This document shows positions 1 to 12,107 of a DNA stretch of 64,000 nucleotides, one piece after another. The translations under genes were made by a program, and so were the position numbers. The stretch spans positions 434,001-498,000 of the forward strand of contig JBDOQK010000020.1 of assembly GCA_040437565.1 (NCBI GenBank), in the 5' to 3' direction. The stretch is from Albugo candida. Its lineage: Eukaryota. A model generated the notes under the pieces. It worked only from the letters and a program-made list of their open reading frames with translations. It was not told where the DNA came from and made no database searches. Position 1 is the first letter of the stretch; each line of letters opens with the position of its first letter.

Positions 1-200
1 GTGATCAACTTGCATTTGCAGAAGATAAACAACGTCCGATATTCCCTATACTGCTGAACGACGTGAAACTGGATACTTCTGTGATTTCTCTACTCAGCTA
101 CAGACCTTTGTATCATTTCACAACGAATGTGGGCTTCACTGCGTCATTGCATCAGCTTATGACACGGATGCGAGAGATTTTGCCTCTTGAAGGCATGTAA
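1..200 (+). CDS. 3' end of TIR-domain-containing protein (partial; same sequence as 3561-3760)
   Basis: Identical to 3561-3760; encodes ...DQLAFAEDKQRPIFPILL...LPLEGM, stop TAA at 198-200. Confidence 0.75.
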   Translation, partial: DQLAFAEDKQRPIFPILLNDVKLDTSVISLLSYRPLYHFTTNVGFTASLHQLMTRMREILPLEGM

Positions 201-811
201 TATATTCCAGCAATTACATCAAGTAATCAAGCGAAAGATATAATTACGAAATTGATATAGGACGATATCATTTATTAGGATGAGATCGAGAGGCAGCATT
301 TCGTATAGTATATGCAATGTCTGATCTAATCCGCCGACTCAATACGCGGGTCGAATGCATAGAGGCGGCGCGCTGCTATATTATATATTCCTTTTGATTG
401 GGTCCTTTGATATGTACAAACAGTACATGATACGAAACATCCACAAGTTAAATACGTTCTTTTGTCGAATCAAGTCGCTACTACTCGCCTTTCGCCTACA
501 TAACAAATCACAGTGCTGACTGTAGCCGGTGTATAAAGTCGGAATACGTCAGGAGGAGTAAAACGCTCTCAAAAGCTTCCACAAAAGTCAGATCGTGCCA
601 ATGCAGCATTCGTGCTAGAGTGAAACTGGTAGGAGAATTCTTCTCGTAGAAGCGCTGATTCGTGCGAACCATGTGTTTACATTGTTTCCATGGCGGAGCT
701 GCCGGTCCGTGTCGTGACAATTTGAAAAATATTCAATCTCTGCACATAGTAACATTCATAAAAACACCAAGATCAAAGTAGTTTTCACGGTAAAAGACTT
801 GCGTTTCTACC

Positions 812-2512
812 ATGCATCCACAGAACTTTGAGCAAATGTCGATTGTAAGTCCTTGTTCGGAAGATTTGGAAACTCTAAATGTAAATTTTACCCCAAGTAA
901 GTCACCCGACTCCATCTTCATCAAATTGTCTACCTCGGAAAGCGTCGATGGAGGAGCCTTACGTGCCGGTGGGGCACTGGATTTGAAATCACGTGCAATG
1001 TTCGGATTATTGTGTCAATATGCGGCGGTCGGATTGGTGTATGGCACTCTACCTCAACTGATCTTACCATTTCTGACGTATTACCTCAACACAGAGGGAA
1101 TCATCACTGCTGCCGCTGCGGCGCTTATGGACGTCCCGTGGGCATTTAAGGCTTTTTTTGGGATGCTATCGGATAATGTGCCGATCAGAGGCTACCGTAG
1201 AAGACCGTATATGATAGTCGGCTGGGTAGTGTCAGCATCTGCATTGTTCATCGCTGGGTCTCTTCGCATGCCAGAGCCGTATTTTCCGAATCCTGCCTGG
1301 CGCGATATCAAGCCCTCCGATTACACTCCTGAGATCACTTCCAGACTAAATTATGATGCTCAACATTCTGGGGGCACTTACGTTCTACTGATGACTCTAG
1401 CGATCCTCGGCTGTTTAGTAGCTGATTGTGCCGCGGATGGTGCGGTGGTTGAGTATGCTCAGCGCGAACCTCTTGCTGTCCGTGGAAGAACACAGACAGC
1501 TGTGTACATAACACGAACACTGGCGATGGCAATTTCTCAAGTAATAATTGGATTTGGGCTGAACACACCAGATTATGGTGGAACTTTCAGCTTTGGACTC
1601 TCAGTTTCAACTATCATGTATTTGCTGGCATTCACATGCATCATAACTATCCCAATCACGTGGGCATTTATTGTGGAAGAGAAACATCAAAGCATGTATT
1701 TCAGTCTTTACATTATGGAGTTGTGGGAGAATATTCAATCTCCAGCGTTTTACAACGTGGTCGGCTTCAGTTTTTTTTATGGAATCTTCGGCTCTGTCGG
1801 CTATGTTGCATTTGATACGATGACAAGTTACTGGGTCGGCGCCACGAGCTTCAGCATTAGTCTCACAATTATTCTGGGCTACGTGATATTCGCTGGAACA
1901 CTTTACGTCACGGGCAAATATGGGCTTAACTGGGATTGGAGATTTATGATTGCGATCACAAATATTGTTTCTATTGGAATGGATGCTGTATGTACAATGT
2001 TGACTACTTTTGACATCATACGAAGACAATGGCTATGGCTTGGGGTAAAGGTGTTAGAAAATGTGCCGATTGGTATCGGCTTTATGATCCAGTCTTTCGT
2101 TGTTGTGGAACTTGCGGGCGAAGGATGTGAAGGAACCATTTATGGATTTATCACAACAGTACAAAACCTCGGCACACCATTTGCAACTACAATTGAGAAA
2201 AATATCAACGCACCCTTTTCAGTGTGGAACGACGATATCTTGAATGATACACCCAAAACACGTCGAGACGTTGCTATCACAATATGGATATCTTATATTA
2301 TGAAGCTTTTCTCGCTTGTCTTCTTACTTTGGCTACCCCGACAAAAGAAAGAGGTTCTCATACTCAAGTCTAGCGGGAAAAAGTCCAAATTCATGGGTGT
2401 GATAACTCTAATGTATACCGCTTTTGCGCTGCTATGGTCCATTCTAGCCAACGTACTGAGCATGTTTGAGGAGACGAAATGCTGGTCGATCACAGGTGGA
2501 TGCAATAGCTGA
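812..2512 (+). CDS. Folate-biopterin transporter (FBT/BT1, MFS) paralog 1
   Basis: 566 aa, many hydrophobic segments, BT1 motif PWAFKAFFGMLSDNVPIRGYRRRPY, plus AQREP..RGRTQ. Confidence 0.88.
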   Translation: MHPQNFEQMSIVSPCSEDLETLNVNFTPSKSPDSIFIKLSTSESVDGGALRAGGALDLKSRAMFGLLCQYAAVGLVYGTLPQLILPFLTYYLNTEGIITAAAAALMDVPWAFKAFFGMLSDNVPIRGYRRRPYMIVGWVVSASALFIAGSLRMPEPYFPNPAWRDIKPSDYTPEITSRLNYDAQHSGGTYVLLMTLAILGCLVADCAADGAVVEYAQREPLAVRGRTQTAVYITRTLAMAISQVIIGFGLNTPDYGGTFSFGLSVSTIMYLLAFTCIITIPITWAFIVEEKHQSMYFSLYIMELWENIQSPAFYNVVGFSFFYGIFGSVGYVAFDTMTSYWVGATSFSISLTIILGYVIFAGTLYVTGKYGLNWDWRFMIAITNIVSIGMDAVCTMLTTFDIIRRQWLWLGVKVLENVPIGIGFMIQSFVVVELAGEGCEGTIYGFITTVQNLGTPFATTIEKNINAPFSVWNDDILNDTPKTRRDVAITIWISYIMKLFSLVFLLWLPRQKKEVLILKSSGKKSKFMGVITLMYTAFALLWSILANVLSMFEETKCWSITGGCNS

Positions 2513-3082
2513 AGCGCCAAAGAGGCCCTTAGCATAGAGTTAATCGTGTAAACAACTCGCAGTACTCTCTTTACGGAAGTTGCCGGATACTATGAGCAGT
2601 AGCCCTGAATCTGTAATACTATACTGTACATTTTGCAAAGAAAGTGTGATCTGTCGAAGACCAAACGTGCTCGTATGAGTACGGAACGATGGAAACATTT
2701 TGCATGTGACTTCATTAATATAAGAGTTCTTCCATAACTCGAACTGACGTCGCGTATGCTGATTTGATTCTCTGCCCTGTGCACAATCACAGAAAGGTAG
2801 TATAAGCCCTTCTGATTTCTATGCGGAAAAACTGTGTAAAAGCAAGACACTGGATGAATAGGCTGCACCCAACTAGACCCGGAGCAAATTTTCGTGAGCT
2901 GAGCCATCTCTTCATGCTGCTTGCAATGTAGAAGCCTGCAAGTACCATGTGTTATGCTGTGTGCTTCTACATTCAAAGGAGNNNNNNNNNNNNNNNNNNN
3001 NNNNNNNNNNNNNNNNNNNNNNNNNNNNNNNNNNNNNNNNNNNNNNNNNNNNNNNNNNNNNNNNNNNNNNNNNNNNNNNNNA

Positions 3083-3760
3083 CTGGATGGTGTGCGGGAT
3101 GAAATCGAGAAACAACGAAAAGGTCAGATCCAAAAGCAGTTGTCACAAAACCAAACAGCCATGTTTGAGACAGCAGTACGTGGCCAGACAATGTTTGAGT
3201 CTCTTGTGGGATCACATATCTCGTTTATATCAAATAAAGAAGTCACCGCGGGCTCAGGAGCAGAGGATCCGAATTCGGAGAGTACGTCTAAAGTATCTGG
3301 TGAGCCTCATCGATCGAATCCAGCGGAAAGGAAATATGTTTTCATCGCTCATGGGGACTGCCATCGAGCATTCGTACGCAATTTATATGAGCGATTATCA
3401 AGCTGCGGGTACGCTGTAGTCGTGGATGGCGGTAGTTTCAATGAATTGCCTGAGGCTTCTAATATGAAAGAACGTATTCAGGCAGGGAAAAATGCAATTC
3501 TCGGTTGTTCTGCGTGTATCGTCGTCGTATCGGAACGAACCGCTAAAAATGAGCTCGTCAGTGATCAACTTGCATTTGCAGAAGATAAACAACGTCCGAT
3601 ATTCCCTATACTGCTGAACGACGTGAAACTGGATACTTCTGTGATTTCTCTACTCAGCTACAGACCTTTGTATCATTTCACAACGAATGTGGGCTTCACT
3701 GCGTCATTGCATCAGCTTATGACACGGATGCGAGAGATTTTGCCTCTTGAAGGCATGTAA
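3083..3760 (+). CDS. C-terminal part of TIR (TIR_2-like) domain protein, 5' end lost in the gap
   Basis: YVFIAHGDCHRAFVRNLYERL..G..V.VD...AILGCSACIVVVSERTAKNELVSDQLAFAEDKQRPIFPILL follows the TIR beta/alpha pattern. Confidence 0.75.
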   Translation: MDGVRDEIEKQRKGQIQKQLSQNQTAMFETAVRGQTMFESLVGSHISFISNKEVTAGSGAEDPNSESTSKVSGEPHRSNPAERKYVFIAHGDCHRAFVRNLYERLSSCGYAVVVDGGSFNELPEASNMKERIQAGKNAILGCSACIVVVSERTAKNELVSDQLAFAEDKQRPIFPILLNDVKLDTSVISLLSYRPLYHFTTNVGFTASLHQLMTRMREILPLEGM

Positions 3761-4371
3761 TATATTCCAGCAATTACATCAAGTAATCAAGCGAAAGATA
3801 TAATTACGAAATTGATATAGGACGATATCATTTATTAGGATGAGATCGAGAGGCAGCATTTCGTATAGTATATGCAATGTCTGATCTAATCCGCCGACTC
3901 AATACGCGGGTCGAATGCATAGAGGCGGCGCGCTGCTATATTATATATTCCTTTTGATTGGGTCCTTTGATATGTACAAACAGTACATGATACGAAACAT
4001 CCACAAGTTAAATACGTTCTTTTGTCGAATCAAGTCGCTACTACTCGCCTTTCGCCTACATAACAAATCACAGTGCTGACTGTAGCCGGTGTATAAAGTC
4101 GGAATACGTCAGGAGGAGTAAAACGCTCTCAAAAGCTTCCACAAAAGTCAGATCGTGCCAATGCAGCATTCGTGCTAGAGTGAAACTGGTAGGAGAATTC
4201 TTCTCGTAGAAGCGCTGATTCGTGCGAACCATGTGTTTACATTGTTTCCATGGCGGAGCTGCCGGTCCGTGTCGTGACAATTTGAAAAATATTCAATCTC
4301 TGCACATAGTAACATTCATAAAAACACCAAGATCAAAGTAGTTTTCACGGTAAAAGACTTGCGTTTCTACC

Positions 4372-6072
4372 ATGCATCCACAGAACTTTGAGCAAATGTC
4401 GATTGTAAGTCCTTGTTCGGAAGATTTGGAAACTCTAAATGTAAATTTTACCCCAAGTAAGTCACCCGACTCCATCTTCATCAAATTGTCTACCTCGGAA
4501 AGCGTCGATGGAGGAGCCTTACGTGCCGGTGGGGCACTGGATTTGAAATCACGTGCAATGTTCGGATTATTGTGTCAATATGCGGCGGTCGGATTGGTGT
4601 ATGGCACTCTACCTCAACTGATCTTACCATTTCTGACGTATTACCTCAACACAGAGGGAATCATCACTGCTGCCGCTGCGGCGCTTATGGACGTCCCGTG
4701 GGCATTTAAGGCTTTTTTTGGGATGCTATCGGATAATGTGCCGATCAGAGGCTACCGTAGAAGACCGTATATGATAGTCGGCTGGGTAGTGTCAGCATCT
4801 GCATTGTTCATCGCTGGGTCTCTTCGCATGCCAGAGCCGTATTTTCCGAATCCTGCCTGGCGCGATATCAAGCCCTCCGATTACACTCCTGAGATCACTT
4901 CCAGACTAAATTATGATGCTCAACATTCTGGGGGCACTTACGTTCTACTGATGACTCTAGCGATCCTCGGCTGTTTAGTAGCTGATTGTGCCGCGGATGG
5001 TGCGGTGGTTGAGTATGCTCAGCGCGAACCTCTTGCTGTCCGTGGAAGAACACAGACAGCTGTGTACATAACACGAACACTGGCGATGGCAATTTCTCAA
5101 GTAATAATTGGATTTGGGCTGAACACACCAGATTATGGTGGAACTTTCAGCTTTGGACTCTCAGTTTCAACTATCATGTATTTGCTGGCATTCACATGCA
5201 TCATAACTATCCCAATCACGTGGGCATTTATTGTGGAAGAGAAACATCAAAGCATGTATTTCAGTCTTTACATTATGGAGTTGTGGGAGAATATTCAATC
5301 TCCAGCGTTTTACAACGTGGTCGGCTTCAGTTTTTTTTATGGAATCTTCGGCTCTGTCGGCTATGTTGCATTTGATACGATGACAAGTTACTGGGTCGGC
5401 GCCACGAGCTTCAGCATTAGTCTCACAATTATTCTGGGCTACGTGATATTCGCTGGAACACTTTACGTCACGGGCAAATATGGGCTTAACTGGGATTGGA
5501 GATTTATGATTGCGATCACAAATATTGTTTCTATTGGAATGGATGCTGTATGTACAATGTTGACTACTTTTGACATCATACGAAGACAATGGCTATGGCT
5601 TGGGGTAAAGGTGTTAGAAAATGTGCCGATTGGTATCGGCTTTATGATCCAGTCTTTCGTTGTTGTGGAACTTGCGGGCGAAGGATGTGAAGGAACCATT
5701 TATGGATTTATCACAACAGTACAAAACCTCGGCACACCATTTGCAACTACAATTGAGAAAAATATCAACGCACCCTTTTCAGTGTGGAACGACGATATCT
5801 TGAATGATACACCCAAAACACGTCGAGACGTTGCTATCACAATATGGATATCTTATATTATGAAGCTTTTCTCGCTTGTCTTCTTACTTTGGCTACCCCG
5901 ACAAAAGAAAGAGGTTCTCATACTCAAGTCTAGCGGGAAAAAGTCCAAATTCATGGGTGTGATAACTCTAATGTATACCGCTTTTGCGCTGCTATGGTCC
6001 ATTCTAGCCAACGTACTGAGCATGTTTGAGGAGACGAAATGCTGGTCGATCACAGGTGGATGCAATAGCTGA
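4372..6072 (+). CDS. FBT/BT1 transporter paralog 1, second (probably artefactual) copy
   Basis: Protein identical to 812-2512. Confidence 0.8.
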   Translation: MHPQNFEQMSIVSPCSEDLETLNVNFTPSKSPDSIFIKLSTSESVDGGALRAGGALDLKSRAMFGLLCQYAAVGLVYGTLPQLILPFLTYYLNTEGIITAAAAALMDVPWAFKAFFGMLSDNVPIRGYRRRPYMIVGWVVSASALFIAGSLRMPEPYFPNPAWRDIKPSDYTPEITSRLNYDAQHSGGTYVLLMTLAILGCLVADCAADGAVVEYAQREPLAVRGRTQTAVYITRTLAMAISQVIIGFGLNTPDYGGTFSFGLSVSTIMYLLAFTCIITIPITWAFIVEEKHQSMYFSLYIMELWENIQSPAFYNVVGFSFFYGIFGSVGYVAFDTMTSYWVGATSFSISLTIILGYVIFAGTLYVTGKYGLNWDWRFMIAITNIVSIGMDAVCTMLTTFDIIRRQWLWLGVKVLENVPIGIGFMIQSFVVVELAGEGCEGTIYGFITTVQNLGTPFATTIEKNINAPFSVWNDDILNDTPKTRRDVAITIWISYIMKLFSLVFLLWLPRQKKEVLILKSSGKKSKFMGVITLMYTAFALLWSILANVLSMFEETKCWSITGGCNS

Positions 6073-6598
6073 AGCGCCAAAGAGGCCCTTAGCATAGAGT
6101 TAATCGTGTAAACAACTCGCAGTACTCTCTTTACGGAAGTTGCCGGATACTATGAGCAGTAGCCCTGAATCTGTAATACTATACTGTACATTTTGCAAAG
6201 AAAGTGTGATCTGTCGAAGACCAAACGTGCTCGTATGAGTACGGAACGATGGAAACATTTTGCATGTGACTTCATTAATATAAGAGTTCTTCCATAACTC
6301 GAACTGACGTCGCGTATGCTGATTTGATTCTCTGCCCTGTGCACAATCACAGAAAGGTAGTATAAGCCCTTCTGATTTCTATGCGGAAAAACTGTGTAAA
6401 AGCAAGACACTGGATGAATAGGCTGCACCCAACTAGACCCGGAGCAAATTTTCGTGAGCTGAGCGATGTCTCAGCTGCTTGCAATGTAGAAGCCTGCAAG
6501 TACCATGTGTTATGCTGTGTGCTTCTACATTCAAAGGAGTCCAAGAGAAGACGATAGTCATCACACAAGTCAAATCGACACGCCAAGGCCTTGCAAAT

Positions 6599-8311
6599 AT
6601 GCCGTCAAAGCATAACAATGATCGAACATCACCACATGGTTCGCCCGCTCCCGAACTTGAAAGCGCGAATGCCAGCTATACTTGTGGCAACTCTCCTCAC
6701 ACAATGATAAGCATGAAGTCTCCCCTTCCACCTCGCTTGGATGACGGAGCTTTACGGCCAGGCCAAGCACTTGGCGTTTTTTCAGTGCAATATATTGGAA
6801 TACTGATCCAATATGCTGCGGTCGGCCTGTTGTATGGCACGCTTCCACAGACCATACTTCCCTTCTTGACTTACTATTTGAACACAGAAGGAATTGTTAC
6901 GGCGGCTGCATCAGCTCTCCTCGACATTCCCTGGTCTTTCAAGATATTTTTTGGAATGCTCTCCGACAACTTTCCCATTTTTGGTTTTCGCAGAAGACCG
7001 TACATGCTTCTCGGATGGTCAATTTGTGCATCAGCATTGTTCATTGCGGGCACGCTTCCCATGCCGGATCCGTATTTTCCGAATCCCGAATGGCGTGAAA
7101 TCAAACCGGAAAACTACACACCTGAAATACGTTCGGCACTCAACGATTCGGCTCGAAATGCTGGTACTCCTTATATCCTTCTGATGACATTAGCATCGAT
7201 GGGCTTCCTCATGGCCGATTGCGCAGCAGATGGAACTATTGTTGAATACGCACAACGTGAGCCATTAGCTATACGTGGTCGCATTCAGACAGCAGTCTAT
7301 ACAGTCCGAACAATATTCATGGCGCTTGCCCAATTGCTTTTAGCCTTTGGGCTCAACTCACCTCAATATGGCGGCCATTTCGATTTTGGTCTGTCATTCT
7401 CCGCAATCATGTTTATCCTAGCTTCGTGTTGTGTTATTGTGATTCCAGTCACATGGTTTTTCATCCTTGAAGAAAAGTATACCGAGTGTGACTTCAAACA
7501 AAGCCTCCGGCAGCTTTGGGACATGATACAAAATCGAGTATACTATCAGCTCATTGCTTACAGCTTTTTCAGTGGTGTCTTCTCTGGTATTGGCTACGTC
7601 GCAGCTGGACCGATGACAAGTTACTGGATCAAGGCTTCAAGTTTCAGTGTATCAATGGCTGCTATGGTAGGTTATGCATTCTTTGCGCTGGGGCTCTTCC
7701 TCACGGGAATGTTTGGGCTGAATTGGAACTGGCGGTACATGGTTGCCGGGACGACAATCAGCATACTTTCATTGGACGCAATAAGCACAATGCTGGCGAC
7801 ATTTGATATTGTACGAACACCTTGGTTCTGGCTTGGTACTTCGGTAGTCGAGAGTATTCCAGGTGGTATGATGTTCATCGTCCAATCCTACGTGGTCGTG
7901 GAACTTGCTGAAGACAAAAACGAGGGAACTTTGTACGGTATACTAACAACATCTCAAAATGTCGGTAGTCCCTTTGCGACCTCAATTGAAAAAAATATCA
8001 ACTCTATGTTTGCCGTATGGAACGAAGACATTATGAACGATACACCGAAAACTCGTCGGGACGTCGCAATTACGATCTGGATCTCATACATCACCACTTT
8101 ATTCGCTCTTGTGTTTTTGGTATGGCTTCCATCTCAAAAAGAAGAAACGCGTATACTCAAAGCAACAAGCAAAAAAAATAAGTGGATGGGTATGCTGACG
8201 ATATCTTACATCTCATTCGCTCTACTCTGGTCAATTCTGAGTAATATTCTCAGCATCTTTGCGAGCACACAGTGTTTATCTCTCACAGGAGGCTGTAAGA
8301 ATGGATCGTGA
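6599..8311 (+). CDS. Folate-biopterin transporter paralog 2
   Basis: ATG at 6599 (MPSKHNN; the ORF track starts at an upstream TTG); PWSFKIFFGMLSDNFPIFGFRRRPY; colinear with paralog 1. Confidence 0.88.
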   Translation: MPSKHNNDRTSPHGSPAPELESANASYTCGNSPHTMISMKSPLPPRLDDGALRPGQALGVFSVQYIGILIQYAAVGLLYGTLPQTILPFLTYYLNTEGIVTAAASALLDIPWSFKIFFGMLSDNFPIFGFRRRPYMLLGWSICASALFIAGTLPMPDPYFPNPEWREIKPENYTPEIRSALNDSARNAGTPYILLMTLASMGFLMADCAADGTIVEYAQREPLAIRGRIQTAVYTVRTIFMALAQLLLAFGLNSPQYGGHFDFGLSFSAIMFILASCCVIVIPVTWFFILEEKYTECDFKQSLRQLWDMIQNRVYYQLIAYSFFSGVFSGIGYVAAGPMTSYWIKASSFSVSMAAMVGYAFFALGLFLTGMFGLNWNWRYMVAGTTISILSLDAISTMLATFDIVRTPWFWLGTSVVESIPGGMMFIVQSYVVVELAEDKNEGTLYGILTTSQNVGSPFATSIEKNINSMFAVWNEDIMNDTPKTRRDVAITIWISYITTLFALVFLVWLPSQKEETRILKATSKKNKWMGMLTISYISFALLWSILSNILSIFASTQCLSLTGGCKNGS

Positions 8312-10062
8312 GTAAGATTTGTGGTGTGTGCAATGATTATTGCCTACGCCGATCGCCTCTGATTGCAACCTCGGCACTCTATGATACGATAGACATGCCT
8401 ATTCGTTAACGCAAGAAAAAGTCACATTAGTAATTGAGCTTTATCTATATAATCAGCTGATCGGGGACCAGACTGTCGGATCTGTTGCAAATGTTAAAAC
8501 AATTGATCTTCCAGTGCAAGTCCAAAAAAACATAAACGCATACACAAGGCTGCAAAGGCAGTCAAGCCAAAAGGCTAGCTACAAGCAATCACTACGATAG
8601 CGAGATTGTCGTTTGATATTCGAGACATTCTCGAGACGCTTACATTTTATGATGATTATACGTCATGAGTATGTGAGAAGTCAACCCAGCTTGTTAACGC
8701 TTTATCGAATTTCATACAATAGTGAATATTTCAGCTTTCGACGAGGATGGGCAAACGTGCAGTGAACGTGTTCTGCTTTAAAATTACTTTATTAGCGTGA
8801 TAATCCTCTCTATCGCATTATTTCAACCTTTCGGTCACATTCAAGCGCTGATGAGTCTTGTGTGAGCGACGTGCCCGCTATCAACTCGTACCAACCAATA
8901 GAGAGTGGTCCCTTAGTCGTGGATACATCACGCATTCACTACACGATGATGACGCGTTGTCTGGTACGATTTCCGACATAACACCTTATGTGTTGTAGAC
9001 TAACGACTTACAAGAAGAGGTATAAATGAGCGGTGGTCTCGGCTTTTAGTGGTCTGACTGATATCTCAGCAATAGCGATGACAAAATGATTTCTGAACCA
9101 CTTGGTGCGGATTTTTCTGAATAAAAAGACTAGGAAGCACTCTGATTCCATGATGGTATCCCAAGGAGAATCCCATAGTCTGCATTCTACTACTCGCAAA
9201 GAGCGAGCTTTTTTAAAGATAAGACTCACCGTGCTGACTGAGTGTACGCTCAGAGAGAGACATGTCCACATGAACGTTTCATTTGAGGTCTTCTGTTATA
9301 TCATTATACTCTTCTATGCTTATCATATTCCTGCTTGTTCGTACCATACACGATACATTTTTTATTACAGTAGACAGCTTACGCAGACGAAGGGAAAACA
9401 CCAACTGCGTATTGTATACTCGTAAAAGCAGACATTGATACGAAGTATGGTCTGCGGAAAACGCTCGATTTTTCTTTCTGCCGCTTATGCGCGCTGACTA
9501 TATTAGATTGATACAATCTTAGGAAATCAAATGTAGCTCACACATTATAGCTATTCATCGTGCTTGATACAGGCACATCATTTGTAATGTTGTATGCATC
9601 CATTGAAGCTACCGAATGAATGGACAGATACTATCTGGCATTTTGAATGCACTTTATCCGTACTTTGCTCGGTGGAGTGCAAAGGCGATGCAGAGCATAG
9701 AGAAATAATGTAACCAGATCGTATGTACTTTTCTCCTGTAAAAAGCGATAGATTCTAGGGCTAAGTATCGGCATTCACGGTACCAAATGCATTCATTGGG
9801 ACTTATGTAAATTATGAAAAAGGACGCATGCTCACAGAGCCTGAGGATACAGAAAAGGCTTCGATACCCACCATAAGCAAAATCTCTATTCCCTATTCTC
9901 CATGTCTCGGGTCTTTTATAAATACTAGAGTATAGATAGGACTGCTGTAGCATCCATGCTTTGCATTGACCATATGGTATCGAAAGAAACACTGGGTTAT
10001 TACACCTTGTCTTTGAATATCACAATCCAAGTGTTTATCAAAGACAGACGTTGTCAAGACTC

Positions 10063-11772
10063 ATGTCAATCCTTGAGAAGAACCCGCATGATCAAATTTC
10101 TTTTGAGGGCGGTATCCAAGCAGGCTACGACCCCGTCCTCGGGACGTACAACAATGTCAAATCACCCAATCGAACTAGTGTCAGGTCTTCTGATGCGTGT
10201 TTCGTGGACAGAGGGAGTTTACGCTCCGGTAGATGTGTTGACATTCTCAGTCGAGGAGGTATAGGACTGCTGCACCAGCATGCAGTCGTTGGTTTCTTAC
10301 ATGGTGTTATTCCCGCTATTCTATTTCCTTTCTTCTTGAATTATCTCAACACTGAAAGCACCGTCGCCGTCGCGGCGAGTGCACTCATGGATATACCCTG
10401 GTCCTTAAAGTTTTTTTTTGGTATGCTGACGGACAATGTACCGATTCTAGGCTATCGTAGACGTCCATTCATGCTACTCGGCTGGATGATATGTGGAGTG
10501 TCACTTCTAGTAGCATCTCTTCGAACAATGCCGCGACCGTACTATCCCGATCCTGCGTGGCGAACAATAAAACCCAAGGATTACACGGACACCATAAAAG
10601 AAAATATCAATTATTCAGCTCAAAACGAAGCAAGATCGTATACAATATTCTTTGCAATTGCTACTTTTGGGTACATTCTCGCTGATTCAACTGCCGATGC
10701 TGTCATGATCGAATACGCTCAAAGGGAACCACATGCCATGCGAGGAACGATTCAGGCAGGCTGTACATTTGTTCGTTCGATATTTGCTGTGCTTGCGCAC
10801 ATTGTTATTATGTTTGGACTCAACTCGGAAGATTACGGTGGAACATTCACGTTTGCTTTCTCAATATCTAACATTTTGCTCCTGCTGGCGCTGTTTGTTT
10901 TCAGCGCGATACCGATTACCTGGTTGATGGTTTACGAGGAGATTTTTCTCGCAGTCGACTTTAGAGAATATATCAGAAAACTTTGGGAAATGCTGCAATC
11001 ACGTGTCGTTTATCAAGTGATTGGATTTTCTATGCTGACGTCCTTCCTCGTTAGTATTGAAAATGTTGCTGATGAAGTTATAATGGTTTACTGGATGCGC
11101 ATATCCCCACTCACATTGAATATTATAGCGATTGCAGCGTTTTCGTTGTATGGTGCTGGCATCTTCATAAGTGGAAGATATGGTTTGATGTGGTCGTGGA
11201 GAAAAACACTTGCTTTCTGCATCATTTTTTTAGTCATCATAGATGTGATGTACGCGCTGCCAGTGTGTTTTAATGTCGTTCGATCGTCTTGGATTCTGTA
11301 TGCTCGCGTTATATTACAATCCATCCCGCTCGGGATCCATTTCATGGTCGAGTTGTATGTCATCGTGGAGCTTTGCAATGAAGGAGCAGAAGGTACTTGT
11401 GCAGGATTACTCACTACTATTATGAACCTCGGTTCACCGCTTGCAGCATCATTCACGAAAGCAATCAGTTCGTCTTTCGCGGTCACGAATGAAGATATCC
11501 AAAATGATTCCATGGAAACCCGACGTGACGCCGCCATTTTGTACCTAATTCCAGCTGCAGCGAAAATCGGAACGCTACTATTATTACCTCTACTACCACG
11601 TCAAAAAGCTGAAACATTAGAGCTTAAGAATCGTGGTGGCAGCAAGGCAATGGGAATTTTCACTATTGCGTACCTTGTGCTGGTGTGGGGATGGTCTTTA
11701 TTGGTAAACTGTTTGACCATGTTTGAAAGCACTCGATGCTTAGCGATCGCTGGAGGATGTAAAAAGGGTTAG
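10063..11772 (+). CDS. Folate-biopterin transporter paralog 3 (most divergent)
   Basis: ATG at 10063; PWSLKFFFGMLTDNVPILGYRRRPF; shared C-terminal C..IAGGC. Confidence 0.87.
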   Translation: MSILEKNPHDQISFEGGIQAGYDPVLGTYNNVKSPNRTSVRSSDACFVDRGSLRSGRCVDILSRGGIGLLHQHAVVGFLHGVIPAILFPFFLNYLNTESTVAVAASALMDIPWSLKFFFGMLTDNVPILGYRRRPFMLLGWMICGVSLLVASLRTMPRPYYPDPAWRTIKPKDYTDTIKENINYSAQNEARSYTIFFAIATFGYILADSTADAVMIEYAQREPHAMRGTIQAGCTFVRSIFAVLAHIVIMFGLNSEDYGGTFTFAFSISNILLLLALFVFSAIPITWLMVYEEIFLAVDFREYIRKLWEMLQSRVVYQVIGFSMLTSFLVSIENVADEVIMVYWMRISPLTLNIIAIAAFSLYGAGIFISGRYGLMWSWRKTLAFCIIFLVIIDVMYALPVCFNVVRSSWILYARVILQSIPLGIHFMVELYVIVELCNEGAEGTCAGLLTTIMNLGSPLAASFTKAISSSFAVTNEDIQNDSMETRRDAAILYLIPAAAKIGTLLLLPLLPRQKAETLELKNRGGSKAMGIFTIAYLVLVWGWSLLVNCLTMFESTRCLAIAGGCKKG

Positions 11773-12107
11773 AAGACACGGAATCGCATTTGTTGCGTGT
11801 CGATGTGTGTCAGTCAGTCAGTCTAGTCGCTATGATGCGTCATAAACAAATGTTAAATGATAAATCGAACAAGTTGAGAGTCTGTGTGTCTATACAAATG
11901 GTGAATACTTTGTCTATTTGTCGTTTTAGTCCTACGATCTGTGTAAAATCGGTAGCCGTCGAGCATGAGTGGATCTTACGCTACAAATTCTATATTGTCC
12001 AGCAATCTGCCGAAGGCCAATCTTTTGCGCAATGAAACTCTTTATCGCATCGTCATTGTCGTTCTCGACTAACTCCAAGGCCCAGTTCATACCTCGAGAT
12101 TTCTTCG

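Larger units (their letters stand above)
1..6540. repeat. Direct duplication 1-2981 = 3561-6540 across a 100-N gap (probable unmerged contig overlap)
   Basis: Offset 3560; identical wherever compared except a few differences near the contig end (~2900-2920). Confidence 0.85.

Noticed and set aside
1-6540. Apparent recent tandem duplication of the TIR 3' end and FBT paralog 1
   Set aside because: Copies are identical and separated by a 100-N gap, with mismatches only at the contig end; typical unmerged overlap. Read depth would settle it.
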